Part shown: piece after piece, positions 38,939-48,055 of the stretch
Layout: each line of letters opens with the position of its first letter
How positions within the stretch are numbered: the stretch's first letter is position 1
Source: an uncultured virus (IMG/VR IMGVR_UViG_3300025133_000035)
Lineage: Duplodnaviria; Heunggongvirae; Uroviricota; Caudoviricetes
Length of the DNA: 64,000 nt
Direction: 5' to 3' (one strand)
IMG/VR virus record: IMGVR_UViG_3300025133_000035
Translations under genes and position numbers: made by a program
Notes under the pieces: generated by a model
Database searches by the model: none
What the model was told of the DNA's origin: nothing
What the model saw: the letters and a program-made list of their open reading frames with translations, nothing else

Positions 38939-39408
38939 TGGGACTTATTAAAGTTAAGCTGCAAAGCCCAACATCAATGTACTCAGATTATTGGACAGAT
39001 CTTGATAACGTCAAGCTGGTGATCCAAACATGGGCGCAAGGAGATCTCATGTCCAGCCCAAAGATCCGATGGGAAGATCTTGATTATGAGTTAGACGATC
39101 TTGGCGAGTGCGCCGAAAGAATCCGCTCTAGACACGATCCCATCTCCGGTCCCGTTAACCGTACGTGGCTTACTTCTAGCTGGGTACAGATTGGGGTTAA
39201 CATCAAAGGCTCTAAGATCTTGGTCGATTATACGACAGAATATCTCAGAGAGCACTATCACAGTCCTGATAATCCATCGGTAGAAGAAATAGTCAATCAT
39301 ATCACGATAGCGAAGGAAATGTATCCTGAATGTTCTCTCTGGTCACCCGAAGCATGGAGGATGTTTCCTTTGTCAGAAAGTCCGATGGATCTACGTCTTC
39401 CGTTCTAA
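38938..39408 (+). CDS. Hypothetical protein
   Basis: TAATG overlap with the upstream gene. Confidence 0.55.
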   Translation: MGLIKVKLQSPTSMYSDYWTDLDNVKLVIQTWAQGDLMSSPKIRWEDLDYELDDLGECAERIRSRHDPISGPVNRTWLTSSWVQIGVNIKGSKILVDYTTEYLREHYHSPDNPSVEEIVNHITIAKEMYPECSLWSPEAWRMFPLSESPMDLRLPF

Positions 39409-39437
39409 TTACTAATAGTCAAACAAGGAGAGAGGCT

Positions 39438-39731
39438 ATGGCTAAATTTGAATTAGGGGAAAAGGCACCGAAAGAGGTTGCCGAGAAGAGTTTGAGGGCA
39501 CATATCGCCGGAGTTTATGATGGGAAATTTGATGTAAAGTTTGAAAGCGATGACGGTGGCCATATGATCAGCCTTTATATTGAGGTGGACAAGCCGAGCG
39601 CACCGCTAGACCCTTTCATAACCGAGGCTGTCTGGGTTCCGAAGTGGGAAGGCTGGCGCTTTGTCATTCTGAAGTGTCCGAGAGGGTACATCGACGCTGT
39701 TCTGAACAGCGGGAGGTCAGATGACTGGTAG
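39438..39731 (+). CDS. Hypothetical protein
   Basis: SD AGGAG/GAGG; CTAATTA at 39405. Confidence 0.6.
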   Translation: MAKFELGEKAPKEVAEKSLRAHIAGVYDGKFDVKFESDDGGHMISLYIEVDKPSAPLDPFITEAVWVPKWEGWRFVILKCPRGYIDAVLNSGRSDDW

Positions 39732-39757
39732 AAAGTTAAAAAAAATAAAGAAAACTT

Positions 39758-39786
39758 TGAATAAAACTGCACCCTTGTTCGTCTAA
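39758..39786 (+). promoter_or_regulatory. ECF-like promoter, copy 3
   Basis: TGAATAAA-N14-CGTCTAA. Confidence 0.75.
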
Positions 39787-39816
39787 TATAGTGAGAACAA
39801 CAAAAGGAAGCCTATA

Positions 39817-40161
39817 ATGGAATTTACTAGAAGCCGCGCCGAAATCGAATATGCCTTTGAAACCTTCAAGGACATGGTTCAGAAGAAGATCAACCAGCAC
39901 TACGCTGATAGTTATGCGAACTTGACGGCGCCGTCACTGGTGACTATTCCGGGTAGAAAATACTGGAAGATCGTCATGGTTGACACTAACCAGACCTTCG
40001 TTCACTCCTTTACCCGTAAAGAGGACGGAGCGATCTTCAAGCCCGCATCGTTCAAGGCACCCAACACCAAGGGTGCATCAGCTATTCGCGGACATGTCTG
40101 CGACGGATCAAACGGCATGAACGCCACAACTTACAGCGGTTCAATCCGTTACGCCAGCTAA
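39817..40161 (+). CDS. Phage hypothetical protein
   Basis: GRKYWKIV...VHSF...DGAIFKPASFKAP...RG motif familiar from myovirus small genes. Confidence 0.65.
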   Translation: MEFTRSRAEIEYAFETFKDMVQKKINQHYADSYANLTAPSLVTIPGRKYWKIVMVDTNQTFVHSFTRKEDGAIFKPASFKAPNTKGASAIRGHVCDGSNGMNATTYSGSIRYAS

Positions 40162-40171
40162 GGAAACACAA

Positions 40172-42140
40172 ATGACTCAAGAAATTTCAGGCACTCTGAC
40201 CCCTTTCGAAGCAACCCAACTTCGCGCCACCCAATTCGGGGAGAACAACGCTCTTTCGGGGATGTGGTCTATGACCGTGGATAAGTTGATTAAGCTACAA
40301 GACGCCACTACTCCAGAAGATTTGGAACAGCGCTTTGCGATTGAAAACTTCATCACTCAAGCAGTCCAAACGATCCCCGACCTTGTTATAGCTGAGGCTT
40401 AACTGTTCAATGAAAAGGCTTGAAAGATTATATCGCCGCGGCGATTTGGTCGAGGTACACCACAGCCAAACCCCGTGCAATACCGGCACGGCAGTGGTGG
40501 TTTCTGCTTCGCGCGCCCACTGCATCAATATTGGCTCTCTCGGCGGAAGCCTGCCAGAAGGTTGCAACCCATATTATCAAATTTTGAAATTGTTGAGCCG
40601 CGGCAAGGAGCACGTTAACGTTCATTCGCACAACGTACGACTTCTCGCTGCAGCACCGAAAGAAGCATGAAAGACAAACCCAACATCAATAACCTTTCAA
40701 CAGAGGCGCGCCTCAAGGTCGGAGACATGGTAAGCTATGATTTGGAAATGATCGGAGATCCGATCGAAACCGTGCATGGCTTGGTAGTAGAGATTAACCA
40801 CAGCATTGTCAAGATTCGACCACTACAAGATTGGAACAGGGTTTGTCTTGTTAATGTAGCCGATTGTCAACTTGTGCCAAAGAAATGAAACAGAAATTCA
40901 AAATAGGTGATTTGGTACGAGTTAATGACAAGACCCATGATCCTGCCCTTCCCGAGAATCGTCTTGGGTTGATTGTCAAAAGGCTTGATGAGCACTCCCG
41001 AAGGAATGCCCACGCGCCCCATACCCACATTTGGGTTGTTATGCTGACGAGTGGCAAATCATTAAACTTCCACGAAATGTTTTTGGAGCATGCTCCAAAG
41101 GAGAATGAAAATGAAGAAGAAGAGAAATAAAGCAGTCGAATGTATCGATGGGTTCAGCATGAGCGTGCAAGCGCACGCCGGCGCGTATTGCAGCCCGCGC
41201 ACCGACGTCGGACCATACACCGAAGTGGAGGTGGGGTTCCCTAATCGGCGTGAGGAACTGTTGATGCAATATGCAGAACAGCCGGACAGCCCAACCGACA
41301 CAGTTTATGCTTGGGTACCACGCCAAGTTGTGCTGACGGTTATTGCCAAGCACGGAGGTATGATCTCTGGTGAGTTGCCTGACGGGATTAGTAACCTATG
41401 GCAAGGAGAACACAGTGATCGGTAATTTGATTGAATATACCGGTGCGTTTGAGGACTTCTGCGGGAAGCGCGGCATCATTCTAGAAGTAAAGGACAGTAT
41501 ACACTTTAAGGATCGACCTTGTTACAAGATCTCATGGCTTCCTCCGGTTAACTTTGGTGGACGTATCGTCAAAGAGTCTACGTTCATAGCTCAGGATCTT
41601 AAGATCATTAGTGAGGTGCTCAGTGAGGGTGAGTGAACTGAAAAAAGGTATGATGGTGCGCCCGAAGAAGGATTGCAAGTTTCGTGTGTACAAAGGGTAT
41701 GCGATACAGGATGGAAAGGCGTATATGCAGCTTGAATGCCACAAGCGTTCTTCTCCACATCAGAGTCTCGGCGTGTCGCCGGTTGTTTATATCGGGAAAG
41801 CACCGAAAGCAGATCCGTCACACACATACGAGTCTCGACATTCGGTATTTGTGACGATTATGGGCAAGAAACTCAGAGTCGCGCCGGAAGCTTGGCGAAA
41901 CATGGAGATTGTGGCACAGTGAGAACGAACTTTAAGGCAGGACGCGTCTACCATTGGCTAGACCAAGGACCAGCAGTATTACTATCACAATGCGAAATAG
42001 AATCTCGACCAGTTGAGATTGTGAAAGGCAAGACGGAATATGAGACAGAGACGGAGAAGGGATGGGTCATCAGCCTATTGGAAACCGGCGAAATCTTGAC
42101 AGTACACGAAGAAACATTAAACACAGGAGCAGAAGCGTGA
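40172..42140 (+). CDS. Run of eight small genes (40172-40402, 40410-40670, 40667-40888, 40885-41130, 41111-41425, 41415-41636, 41623-41922, 41919-42140), most KOW/SH3-like
   Basis: Tightly overlapped ORFs; starts YRRGDLV, LKVGDMV, FKIGDLV, IGNLI, LKKGMMV, FKAGRV. Confidence 0.6.
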
Positions 42141-43000
42141 AGCCGTTGTTCATGTGGGCGGGTGGAAAGACCCGCATGATTAAAAAGTACACTGAGTATT
42201 TACCAGACACGTTCGAACACTATGTCGAACCGTTTGTGGGTGCTGGTGCCATGTTCGTTTGGGCATATCAGAAGAACCCCGAAGCGATATTTGTGCTGAA
42301 TGACTCTAACAGATCTATCATGCAGATTTATAAAGCTGTGCGTGATGATGTTGAGTCGTTCATGTACGAGCTTAATCACCTTTCAGAGAGTTACTTGCCG
42401 CTGGACAAGCCAGCGCGCAAGGAGTTTTATTATGCACTGCGCCATCGGCATGCGTATGATTACGAAGACTGGACCCTGACAACGGAAGCTGCAACATTAT
42501 ACTTTCTGATGAAAACAGGATTCAACGGAATCTGGCAGATCAACAAGAACACTAATGGTCGGTTTGGTACTCCGAGCGGGCTATTGAATCAGAAGGACAA
42601 GGTTTATGATCGCGACAACGTGATGGAATGGCACAGCGCGCTGCAGAATTGTGCTCTGTTGGCTGGAGACTTTGGTGATGTGCTCTCGCTCGTCCAGCGC
42701 AACAGCTATGTTTTTCTCGATCCTCCGTACCGCGGATCGTTCACCAAATATGGCGTCGACTTCGATGATGAGGTGCAAGAGAGGGTAGTTGATTTCCTCA
42801 ATGATTCTAAAGAGTTAGGAGCTTACGTACTCATGTCCAATCGCGATGTGGGTGACGGATTTTTTGAAGAGCGCAAAGGCAGCAATCATTTAGTGAAGTT
42901 TGACATCACATACACCGCCGGTCGACGAAAGAAGCACGATGATGGTACATTTACCGCGAAGAAAGCGGTTGAGATTTTAATGATAGGAGAATCCGAATGA
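42137..43000 (+). CDS. dam: Second Dam/D12-class DNA adenine methyltransferase
   Basis: WAGGK, EPFVGAGA, FNG, FLDPPY, SN; GTG start after SD AGGAG. Confidence 0.9.
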   Translation: MKPLFMWAGGKTRMIKKYTEYLPDTFEHYVEPFVGAGAMFVWAYQKNPEAIFVLNDSNRSIMQIYKAVRDDVESFMYELNHLSESYLPLDKPARKEFYYALRHRHAYDYEDWTLTTEAATLYFLMKTGFNGIWQINKNTNGRFGTPSGLLNQKDKVYDRDNVMEWHSALQNCALLAGDFGDVLSLVQRNSYVFLDPPYRGSFTKYGVDFDDEVQERVVDFLNDSKELGAYVLMSNRDVGDGFFEERKGSNHLVKFDITYTAGRRKKHDDGTFTAKKAVEILMIGESE

Positions 43001-43233
43001 AAGTTGGTGATTTAGTAAGATGGCGCGTCATGGTAGGACGCAAGCGCTCCGCAACTGTGGGCTTGGTCAAGCGCGTGTTTGATCATAAGATGTGGCGCAC
43101 TGATGATATGGGCAGGAGGGTTGACTGGAATAAGGTGCCAACAGAATCATTCGTTGAGGTGCTGTTCGGTGACCAGCTTCGGAGATTGCCGATGCAAGAC
43201 TTGGATGTGGTTAGTGAAGTACCGAAAGGATGA
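42997..43233 (+). CDS. MKVGDLV-type KOW/SH3-like protein
   Basis: MKVGDLVRW...GLV...LDVVSE. Confidence 0.65.
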   Translation: MKVGDLVRWRVMVGRKRSATVGLVKRVFDHKMWRTDDMGRRVDWNKVPTESFVEVLFGDQLRRLPMQDLDVVSEVPKG

Positions 43234-43417
43234 CTGGGCGCTTTACTGTGCGTTTCCAGAAGTCAAGTCTCTCAAAAACGACAAGGTTCGTGCAGTGATC
43301 CTTGATGTGCTGCCGAAGGATGATCTCTATGATTATCGGATCTTCCTCGATGACGGATCTGGCAGAACCAAGAACGTTAAAGAGTCACATCTGGAGCCAC
43401 TAAATGAAAACGCTTGA
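43214..43417 (+). CDS. SH3-like small protein
   Basis: AVILDV...YRI...VKESHL. Confidence 0.5.
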   Translation: MKYRKDDWALYCAFPEVKSLKNDKVRAVILDVLPKDDLYDYRIFLDDGSGRTKNVKESHLEPLNENA

Positions 43418-43646
43418 TCTTCATGGCATACCTCACGCGGAAGTAGAGTCGCAAGTAGTTGATTTTGCTTATAAAAATGAGACTCCGTTCAAGATTATTA
43501 CCGGCAACTCTCGCCGCATGAAAGACTTGGTAACACAGGTTCTATCTCGGTTTGAGCTTATTGCCCATGAAGAATCTGATTACAATTTAGGGGCGCTCAT
43601 CGTAGTCGAGCCCCGCGGCGTCATGCCGAAGGCTACAATTCATTAA
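43404..43646 (+). CDS. Stand-alone Smr-domain protein
   Basis: TLDLHG, IITG, NLGALIV. Confidence 0.75.
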   Translation: MKTLDLHGIPHAEVESQVVDFAYKNETPFKIITGNSRRMKDLVTQVLSRFELIAHEESDYNLGALIVVEPRGVMPKATIH

Positions 43647-43683
43647 CCTTTGGCCTAGAGCCAGAAAACAAGGACAAACAAAA

Positions 43684-43884
43684 ATGGCAACATGTGTAAA
43701 ATGTGAAGAAGAATATACCGATCGAAGATTGGAACTTGGATACCCAACGTGCTTGGAGTGCGGGGCTCTCGACGCCCGCAGGCTGACGTCTGCTCGCGTC
43801 CAAGCCGTTCTCCGCGTGATGACCCCCAACGCATGCGAGGGCTCGGTAGAGAAGGTTTTTGAGAGCGAGAAAAAGACAGGTTGA
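43684..43884 (+). CDS. Small C4 zinc-finger protein (DksA/TraR-like finger)
   Basis: CVKC..Y..RRLELG..TCLEC. Confidence 0.6.
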   Translation: MATCVKCEEEYTDRRLELGYPTCLECGALDARRLTSARVQAVLRVMTPNACEGSVEKVFESEKKTG

Positions 43885-43906
43885 ACCTGCGCTCTCAGCC
43901 TTTCTG

Positions 43907-43988
43907 AAAAAAGATCACTTTTTTTCCAAATAGATTGAATAAAACCATGCCCTCGTTCGTCTAATAAGAGTAGCCAACAAAGGGAGAG
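43907..43988 (+). repeat. Diverged copy of the ~82-bp promoter repeat (ECF-like promoter copy 4, 43936-43964)
   Basis: AAAAAAGATC..TTTT.CAAATAGATTGAATAAAACC..CGTCTAATA..CAAAGGGAGAGG. Confidence 0.75.
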
Positions 43989-43994
43989 GCATAT

Positions 43995-44453
43995 ATGAAA
44001 GTCAAGTCAGCAATTAAGAAGATCGAGAAGTACCTTGGCGTCGAGGTCCAGAGCGACTCTCGCGGTCGGTTCTGGTTCGCCTACGAAAACGAGATCGGAT
44101 CGTTCCTCGCAAATGGCGCCGGCGGAAGAGAAGAGGATATTATGGAGGCAGACGCATGCAACTGGCATCGTCGCCGTAGCAACGATCACTCTGATATGCA
44201 GAGTGACTACTTTGCGGGTTCGTTCCGCAGCAACCTAACACAACTGCTTCACTCGATGAAGGCACCACCTTGCAAGTATGGCACTGGTCAACTTGTTCGT
44301 GGTAAGCAGAATAAGCGAGCTATGCGCTATGGCTTTGCCGGTCTGACTGGCATGGTTACTAGCGAGGGCAGCGATAGTTGCAGTGTTGACTGGCTTGGTG
44401 TTGACCGCAAAGACAATTACGTCAGCACCCGTGACTTGGAGTTGATAGCATGA
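43995..44453 (+). CDS. Hypothetical protein with C-terminal KOW/SH3-like domain
   Basis: KYGTGQLVRG...GMV...VDW...DLELI. Confidence 0.65.
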   Translation: MKVKSAIKKIEKYLGVEVQSDSRGRFWFAYENEIGSFLANGAGGREEDIMEADACNWHRRRSNDHSDMQSDYFAGSFRSNLTQLLHSMKAPPCKYGTGQLVRGKQNKRAMRYGFAGLTGMVTSEGSDSCSVDWLGVDRKDNYVSTRDLELIA

Positions 44454-44638
44454 AAGTCGGTGATTTAGTAAAGTGGACTAATGAATTCAATCCAGACTAT
44501 TATGGAGGAAATGCAGACGGTCTTGTCGCGAAAGTCACTCATTATGACGATGGCACTGTTGTCGTTGATGTTTTGGTGAGAGGTAGTATTCGTCGCTGGA
44601 ACAGCAAAAGTTGTGAGGTGGTCAGTGCAAGTCGGTGA
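44450..44638 (+). CDS. Array gene 1 (MKVGDLVKW...EVVSASR)
   Basis: ORF track; 14-nt overlap with the next gene. Confidence 0.75.
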   Translation: MKVGDLVKWTNEFNPDYYGGNADGLVAKVTHYDDGTVVVDVLVRGSIRRWNSKSCEVVSASR

Positions 44639-44780
44639 CTTGGTATCTTTTCGTGGCTCAAGGGGCATTGTCATTGAAGTTGGCACCTTTGGCGTCGGAT
44701 ACGATGTGATGGTTATGTGGCACGATGAGGCTGCGCCAATGATGGAGCAAAGTGTGAGGTTAAAAAATGAAAGTCGGTGA
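44625..44780 (+). CDS. Array gene 2, 51 aa (MQVGDLVSF...LKNESR), not in ORF track
   Basis: Manual translation; SD GAGGTG. Confidence 0.75.
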   Translation: MQVGDLVSFRGSRGIVIEVGTFGVGYDVMVMWHDEAAPMMEQSVRLKNESR

Positions 44781-44973
44781 CTTGGTATCGTATGCGTTTC
44801 AGGCATCGCGGGAGCGCAAAGGTCTATCCTTTGATGTTGGTCTGGTTGTCGAGACTGGCAAGTATACCGGCAACGCCGACGTTAAAGTTTTGTGGATGGG
44901 CAAGGGCGCTCCAGCACCCTACCCGATTACGCAGAAAAGCGACCACTTGAGGGTGATCAATGAAAGTCGGTGA
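44767..44973 (+). CDS. Array gene 3 (MKVGDLVSY...VINESR)
   Basis: ORF track; junction motif. Confidence 0.75.
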   Translation: MKVGDLVSYAFQASRERKGLSFDVGLVVETGKYTGNADVKVLWMGKGAPAPYPITQKSDHLRVINESR

Positions 44974-45124
44974 TCTGGTAAGGAGAGCACATTCTATGAA
45001 CAAGACTCTTGGCGTCATCGTCAAGGTGACACCCGAATATCACCAGCAATATCATGTATTGGTGGGCGGGATCGTACAATACTTTGCGACAAGACAATTG
45101 GAGGTGATCAGTGCAAGTCGGTGA
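44960..45124 (+). CDS. Array gene 4, 54 aa (MKVGDLVRR...EVISASR), not in ORF track
   Basis: Manual translation; SD GAGGGTG. Confidence 0.75.
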   Translation: MKVGDLVRRAHSMNKTLGVIVKVTPEYHQQYHVLVGGIVQYFATRQLEVISASR

Positions 45125-45311
45125 TTTGGTATTAATAAACTTTCCTGCTTGCGAGCAACCGCAAGTCGGCATTTACGTCCGTGATGATACTTACGCTACC
45201 GATCTGGATTCGGAAGGCTGGACGGTTATCACTCGCGGATATGTGTTGTGGGATGGGGCAGAGTATTCAACCCCGCTGGATCAAATGGAGTTGATCAATG
45301 AAAGTCGGTGA
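45111..45311 (+). CDS. Array gene 5 (MQVGDLVLI...LINESR)
   Basis: ORF track; SD GGAGGTG. Confidence 0.75.
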   Translation: MQVGDLVLINFPACEQPQVGIYVRDDTYATDLDSEGWTVITRGYVLWDGAEYSTPLDQMELINESR

Positions 45312-45525
45312 TGTAGTGAGGAACAAGAACGCGCATCGCTTCATGAATAATTCTCGCGGTGTGTTCCTTGGTCTGCGTACCTTCGTTAATCAGAATGAAG
45401 GTGCTTGGAAGGTCGGAGGTTCCACAGAAGAAGAATTTTATGTATGTGCGGTGGTTCTATGGTACGGCGAATCTAAGCCGAGAACGATTCAAACAAGTTT
45501 GATATATGCGGAGACAGCAAAATGA
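45298..45525 (+). CDS. Array gene 6 (MKVGDVVRN)
   Basis: ORF track; junction motif. Confidence 0.75.
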   Translation: MKVGDVVRNKNAHRFMNNSRGVFLGLRTFVNQNEGAWKVGGSTEEEFYVCAVVLWYGESKPRTIQTSLIYAETAK

Positions 45526-45743
45526 AAGTCGGTGACTTAGTAAAGATCGCGCCTCACTGCAAGAACAAGCATCGCATGGCTATCGTGGTTCGCACCGAGG
45601 AGTGGGAGCGCAACGGTGTCTGGATCACATATCTTGACGGCAAGGGTAGTGGCGAGCCGAGATACGATTTTCAAACTGTCGAGGGCTATGCCATGATTAA
45701 TAACCTTATTCTACTGAGCGAAGGAGCAAAAAATGTTGAGTGA
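45522..45743 (+). CDS. Array gene 7 (MKVGDLVKI)
   Basis: ORF track; ATGA overlap. Confidence 0.75.
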   Translation: MKVGDLVKIAPHCKNKHRMAIVVRTEEWERNGVWITYLDGKGSGEPRYDFQTVEGYAMINNLILLSEGAKNVE

Positions 45744-45832
45744 ATGGCAAATTGTATTGTTGGATAATGGACTGTGGATCGTCCCGTTGATGGCGCTCGC
45801 TGCTCTGTGCGTTTTCCCGTGGAAGCATTGGA

Positions 45833-46069
45833 ATGGACTACTTAGTGGCGATGGGCAAGAAGCACAATGTAAATGTGGGGGATCTGGTTCTGTGGGACTA
45901 CACAGATCCGCCCGTTCTCGGGATCGTGGTCGAGCTTTTTAACATGAACACGGGGCATCCCTTCGCGGGGATCTCTGTGCTCTGGTTCGGACGCAGCGGA
46001 GAGAACACGATATCGCCTTGCCGAGCATACGACGTCAAGGTGCTGTCATCCGTTCAGAAAAAAAGTTGA
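45833..46069 (+). CDS. KOW/SH3-like protein (VNVGDLVLW); start uncertain; overlaps ORF 45733-45942
   Basis: NVGDLVLW...GIVVE...VLW...VKVLS. Confidence 0.55.
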   Translation: MDYLVAMGKKHNVNVGDLVLWDYTDPPVLGIVVELFNMNTGHPFAGISVLWFGRSGENTISPCRAYDVKVLSSVQKKS

Positions 46070-46087
46070 TTTTTCTTTAAGAAAGAT

Positions 46088-46115
46088 TGAATAAAACCGA
46101 AGCCCATGCGTCTAA
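46088..46115 (+). promoter_or_regulatory. ECF-like promoter, copy 5
   Basis: TGAATAAA-N13-CGTCTAA. Confidence 0.7.
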
Positions 46116-46143
46116 TAGATAAGCAACAAAGAGAGAGGCTTAT

Positions 46144-46218
46144 ATGGAAATCGTTATTGTACTTGGAGCATTTGTAGTCGCTGGCATCGCTGGCATCATC
46201 GCGTTCGTGAACTCATGA
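46144..46218 (+). CDS. 24-aa membrane peptide MEIVIVLGAFVVAGIAGIIAFVNS
   Basis: SD GAGG; first ORF after the promoter; ATGA overlap with the next gene. Confidence 0.6.
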   Translation: MEIVIVLGAFVVAGIAGIIAFVNS

Positions 46219-46391
46219 AGGTCGGTGATCTGATATGCCTGTGTCCGGTTGCCCATCCCGAAGCGATTGGGGTGGTGACGGAGATCCTTTCACGGGATCA
46301 ACATGGACCCCTCGATGTGAAAGTGTTGAGCCGCGGTCGGATTGAATTTTGGGAAGCAGACGAAGCGGAGGTGATCAGTGAAGGTCGGTGA
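46215..46391 (+). CDS. Array gene 8, 58 aa (MKVGDLICL...EVISEGR), not in ORF track
   Basis: Manual translation. Confidence 0.75.
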   Translation: MKVGDLICLCPVAHPEAIGVVTEILSRDQHGPLDVKVLSRGRIEFWEADEAEVISEGR

Positions 46392-46545
46392 TTTGGTAAC
46401 TTGGCGCGGCTCAGTCGGTCTTGTTCTCGGACCTTGTAAGAAGCGGTGGGCGCACCATGGTGATGTGTGGGTGCTGTGGACAAACGAAAGCAAGCCCAAA
46501 ATCGAATCTGGCGATTTGCTGGAGGTGATCAGTGCAAGTCGGTAA
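46378..46545 (+). CDS. Array gene 9, 55 aa (MKVGDLVTW...EVISASR), not in ORF track
   Basis: Manual translation; SD GGAGGTG. Confidence 0.75.
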   Translation: MKVGDLVTWRGSVGLVLGPCKKRWAHHGDVWVLWTNESKPKIESGDLLEVISASR

Positions 46546-46759
46546 CTTAGTAAAGATCACACGCGCATCCATCGGCGTACCCCGCGATTCGATGGGCATG
46601 ATTATTAAGGTCACGGAACCTCGCGGAGACTACGTTGACCAGTATGGCGAGGAAATGTACCCGCCGATCATTTTTATAGTGCAGCTTGTCTGCAATCAAG
46701 GACAAAGCAGCATCCCGAGAAGGTATCTGCCAAGAGATTTGGAGGTCGTAAGTGGCTGA
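46532..46759 (+). CDS. Array gene 10 (MQVGNLVKI...LEVVSG)
   Basis: ORF track; SD GGAGGTG. Confidence 0.75.
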   Translation: MQVGNLVKITRASIGVPRDSMGMIIKVTEPRGDYVDQYGEEMYPPIIFIVQLVCNQGQSSIPRRYLPRDLEVVSG

Positions 46760-47030
46760 TTTTATTAAAGTAAAGTGGAATGACAAAGCGTGCAGCCGCA
46801 CGAAGAACCGCATCCGTGAACATGGACCGCTGTTCCGTGTCTGCGATGCTCGCAACTCCACGATCTGTCTGGGCAACCGCGCCGCACTGAGGCTGGAAGC
46901 GCAAACGCGCCACGCCAGCGATGGCAAAGGCGGGCGTGAGCACTGGTCTGGCTGGTTGCCTCTTGAGGAAATCGAGGTTGAACCTGCCTTTTCAGGAGAG
47001 CTAGCGGGTCGGACATTTTCTGTCCGGTAA
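46752..47030 (+). CDS. Hypothetical protein
   Basis: SD GGAGG; RTKNRIREHG...WSGWLP. Confidence 0.6.
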   Translation: MADFIKVKWNDKACSRTKNRIREHGPLFRVCDARNSTICLGNRAALRLEAQTRHASDGKGGREHWSGWLPLEEIEVEPAFSGELAGRTFSVR

Positions 47031-47089
47031 AATCATTAACCTATGGTATAATCGAAGAGTCAGTAGGGGATCGGGTTGAGAGAGATCGA

Positions 47090-47171
47090 AAAAAAGATCA
47101 ACTTTCTTTCAAATAGATTGAATAAAACGGGTACCCCACGCGTCTAATAGATGTACCAAACAAAGAGAGAG
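47090..47171 (+). repeat. ~82-bp promoter repeat (ECF-like promoter copy 6)
   Basis: TTTCTTTCAAATAGATTGAATAAAAC-N12-CGTCTAATAGATGTACCAAACAAAGAGAGAG. Confidence 0.85.
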
Positions 47172-47180
47172 GTCAATATT

Positions 47181-47915
47181 ATGGGAAATTACAACGGAAA
47201 CATTCGGTGCTCGCACTGCTACGAAACAGGTCACAACAAGCGTACGTGTCCCGCGCGGCTGGAACGTCTGCAAAGGAACTACGAAACCGCGAAAGAGGAC
47301 GGCACCTATGCCGACTATTATGGTCGCCAGATTGCTAAAATGACAGGAACAGACCCGACTTCGGGCGAGAAGACCAAGCGCCGTTACGAGGGTTACGGTC
47401 GGACATGTTCCTACTGTGGGCAAGGCGGTCACAACCGGCGCAAGTGTGAAACGCTCGCTTCTGACAGGCAGCGGTATTCCGCTTTGTCCTTCTCCGCTCG
47501 CTTTCAGGCGAAAGAGCTTCTCATGGAGCGCGGCATCGCTGTCGGTGCGATGGTCAAGGTCGAGCAGTGGGGGCAGACTACCATGTATCTTGTCTCAGGA
47601 CTGGATCTTGATATGGTTCACGCCAAGAATCCAGCGCCGATCATGGTCCTGCGTCCGATGTCAAAGGCTCACCGTCAGCAACGTTTGGCTGTCCGTTCAG
47701 TAGGAAACGAGGCTCAGAAGATCGTCGGACCACTCAAGCCTGAGCAGGTTGCTGCTCAGATCTCTGACGCATGGCTTGACTCTGAGCCCGCGTATGGACC
47801 AAAGAGCGAGAAGGACGGCATTGAGGTGCCGGGTGATATTTTCGTTAAGGGCACAAAGCGCGATCATTATTTCTGGCGCGAGCAGGACATGAAGGAGCGC
47901 GATGACACCGCGTGA
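47181..47915 (+). CDS. Double zinc-knuckle protein (paralogue B)
   Basis: CSHCYETGHNKRTC and CSYCGQGGHNRRKC. Confidence 0.8.
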   Translation: MGNYNGNIRCSHCYETGHNKRTCPARLERLQRNYETAKEDGTYADYYGRQIAKMTGTDPTSGEKTKRRYEGYGRTCSYCGQGGHNRRKCETLASDRQRYSALSFSARFQAKELLMERGIAVGAMVKVEQWGQTTMYLVSGLDLDMVHAKNPAPIMVLRPMSKAHRQQRLAVRSVGNEAQKIVGPLKPEQVAAQISDAWLDSEPAYGPKSEKDGIEVPGDIFVKGTKRDHYFWREQDMKERDDTA

Positions 47916-47969
47916 TCGCCCCATTCCTCAGTTTAAACCTAGTTATTAAGGTTATTTGAAGAAAAGATC

Positions 47970-48051
47970 AAAAAAGATCGATTTTCTTTCAAATAGATTG
48001 AATAAAACCCGCCTGCCATACGTCTAATAGATGTACCAAGCAAAGAGAGAG
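47970..48051 (+). repeat. 82-bp promoter repeat (ECF-like promoter copy 7)
   Basis: Matches 49845-49926 except in the promoter spacer. Confidence 0.88.
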
Positions 48052-48055
48052 CTAT

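Noticed and set aside
45733..45942. 69-aa ORF with SD and hydrophobic N-terminus
   Set aside because: Overlaps the KOW-like ORF 45833-46069 by up to 110 nt; may be real or frameshifted, so left uncalled
44450..46759. Array as an integron or diversity-generating retroelement
   Set aside because: No attC-like inverted repeats, integrase, reverse transcriptase or TR/VR pair with adenine-specific differences seen in this window
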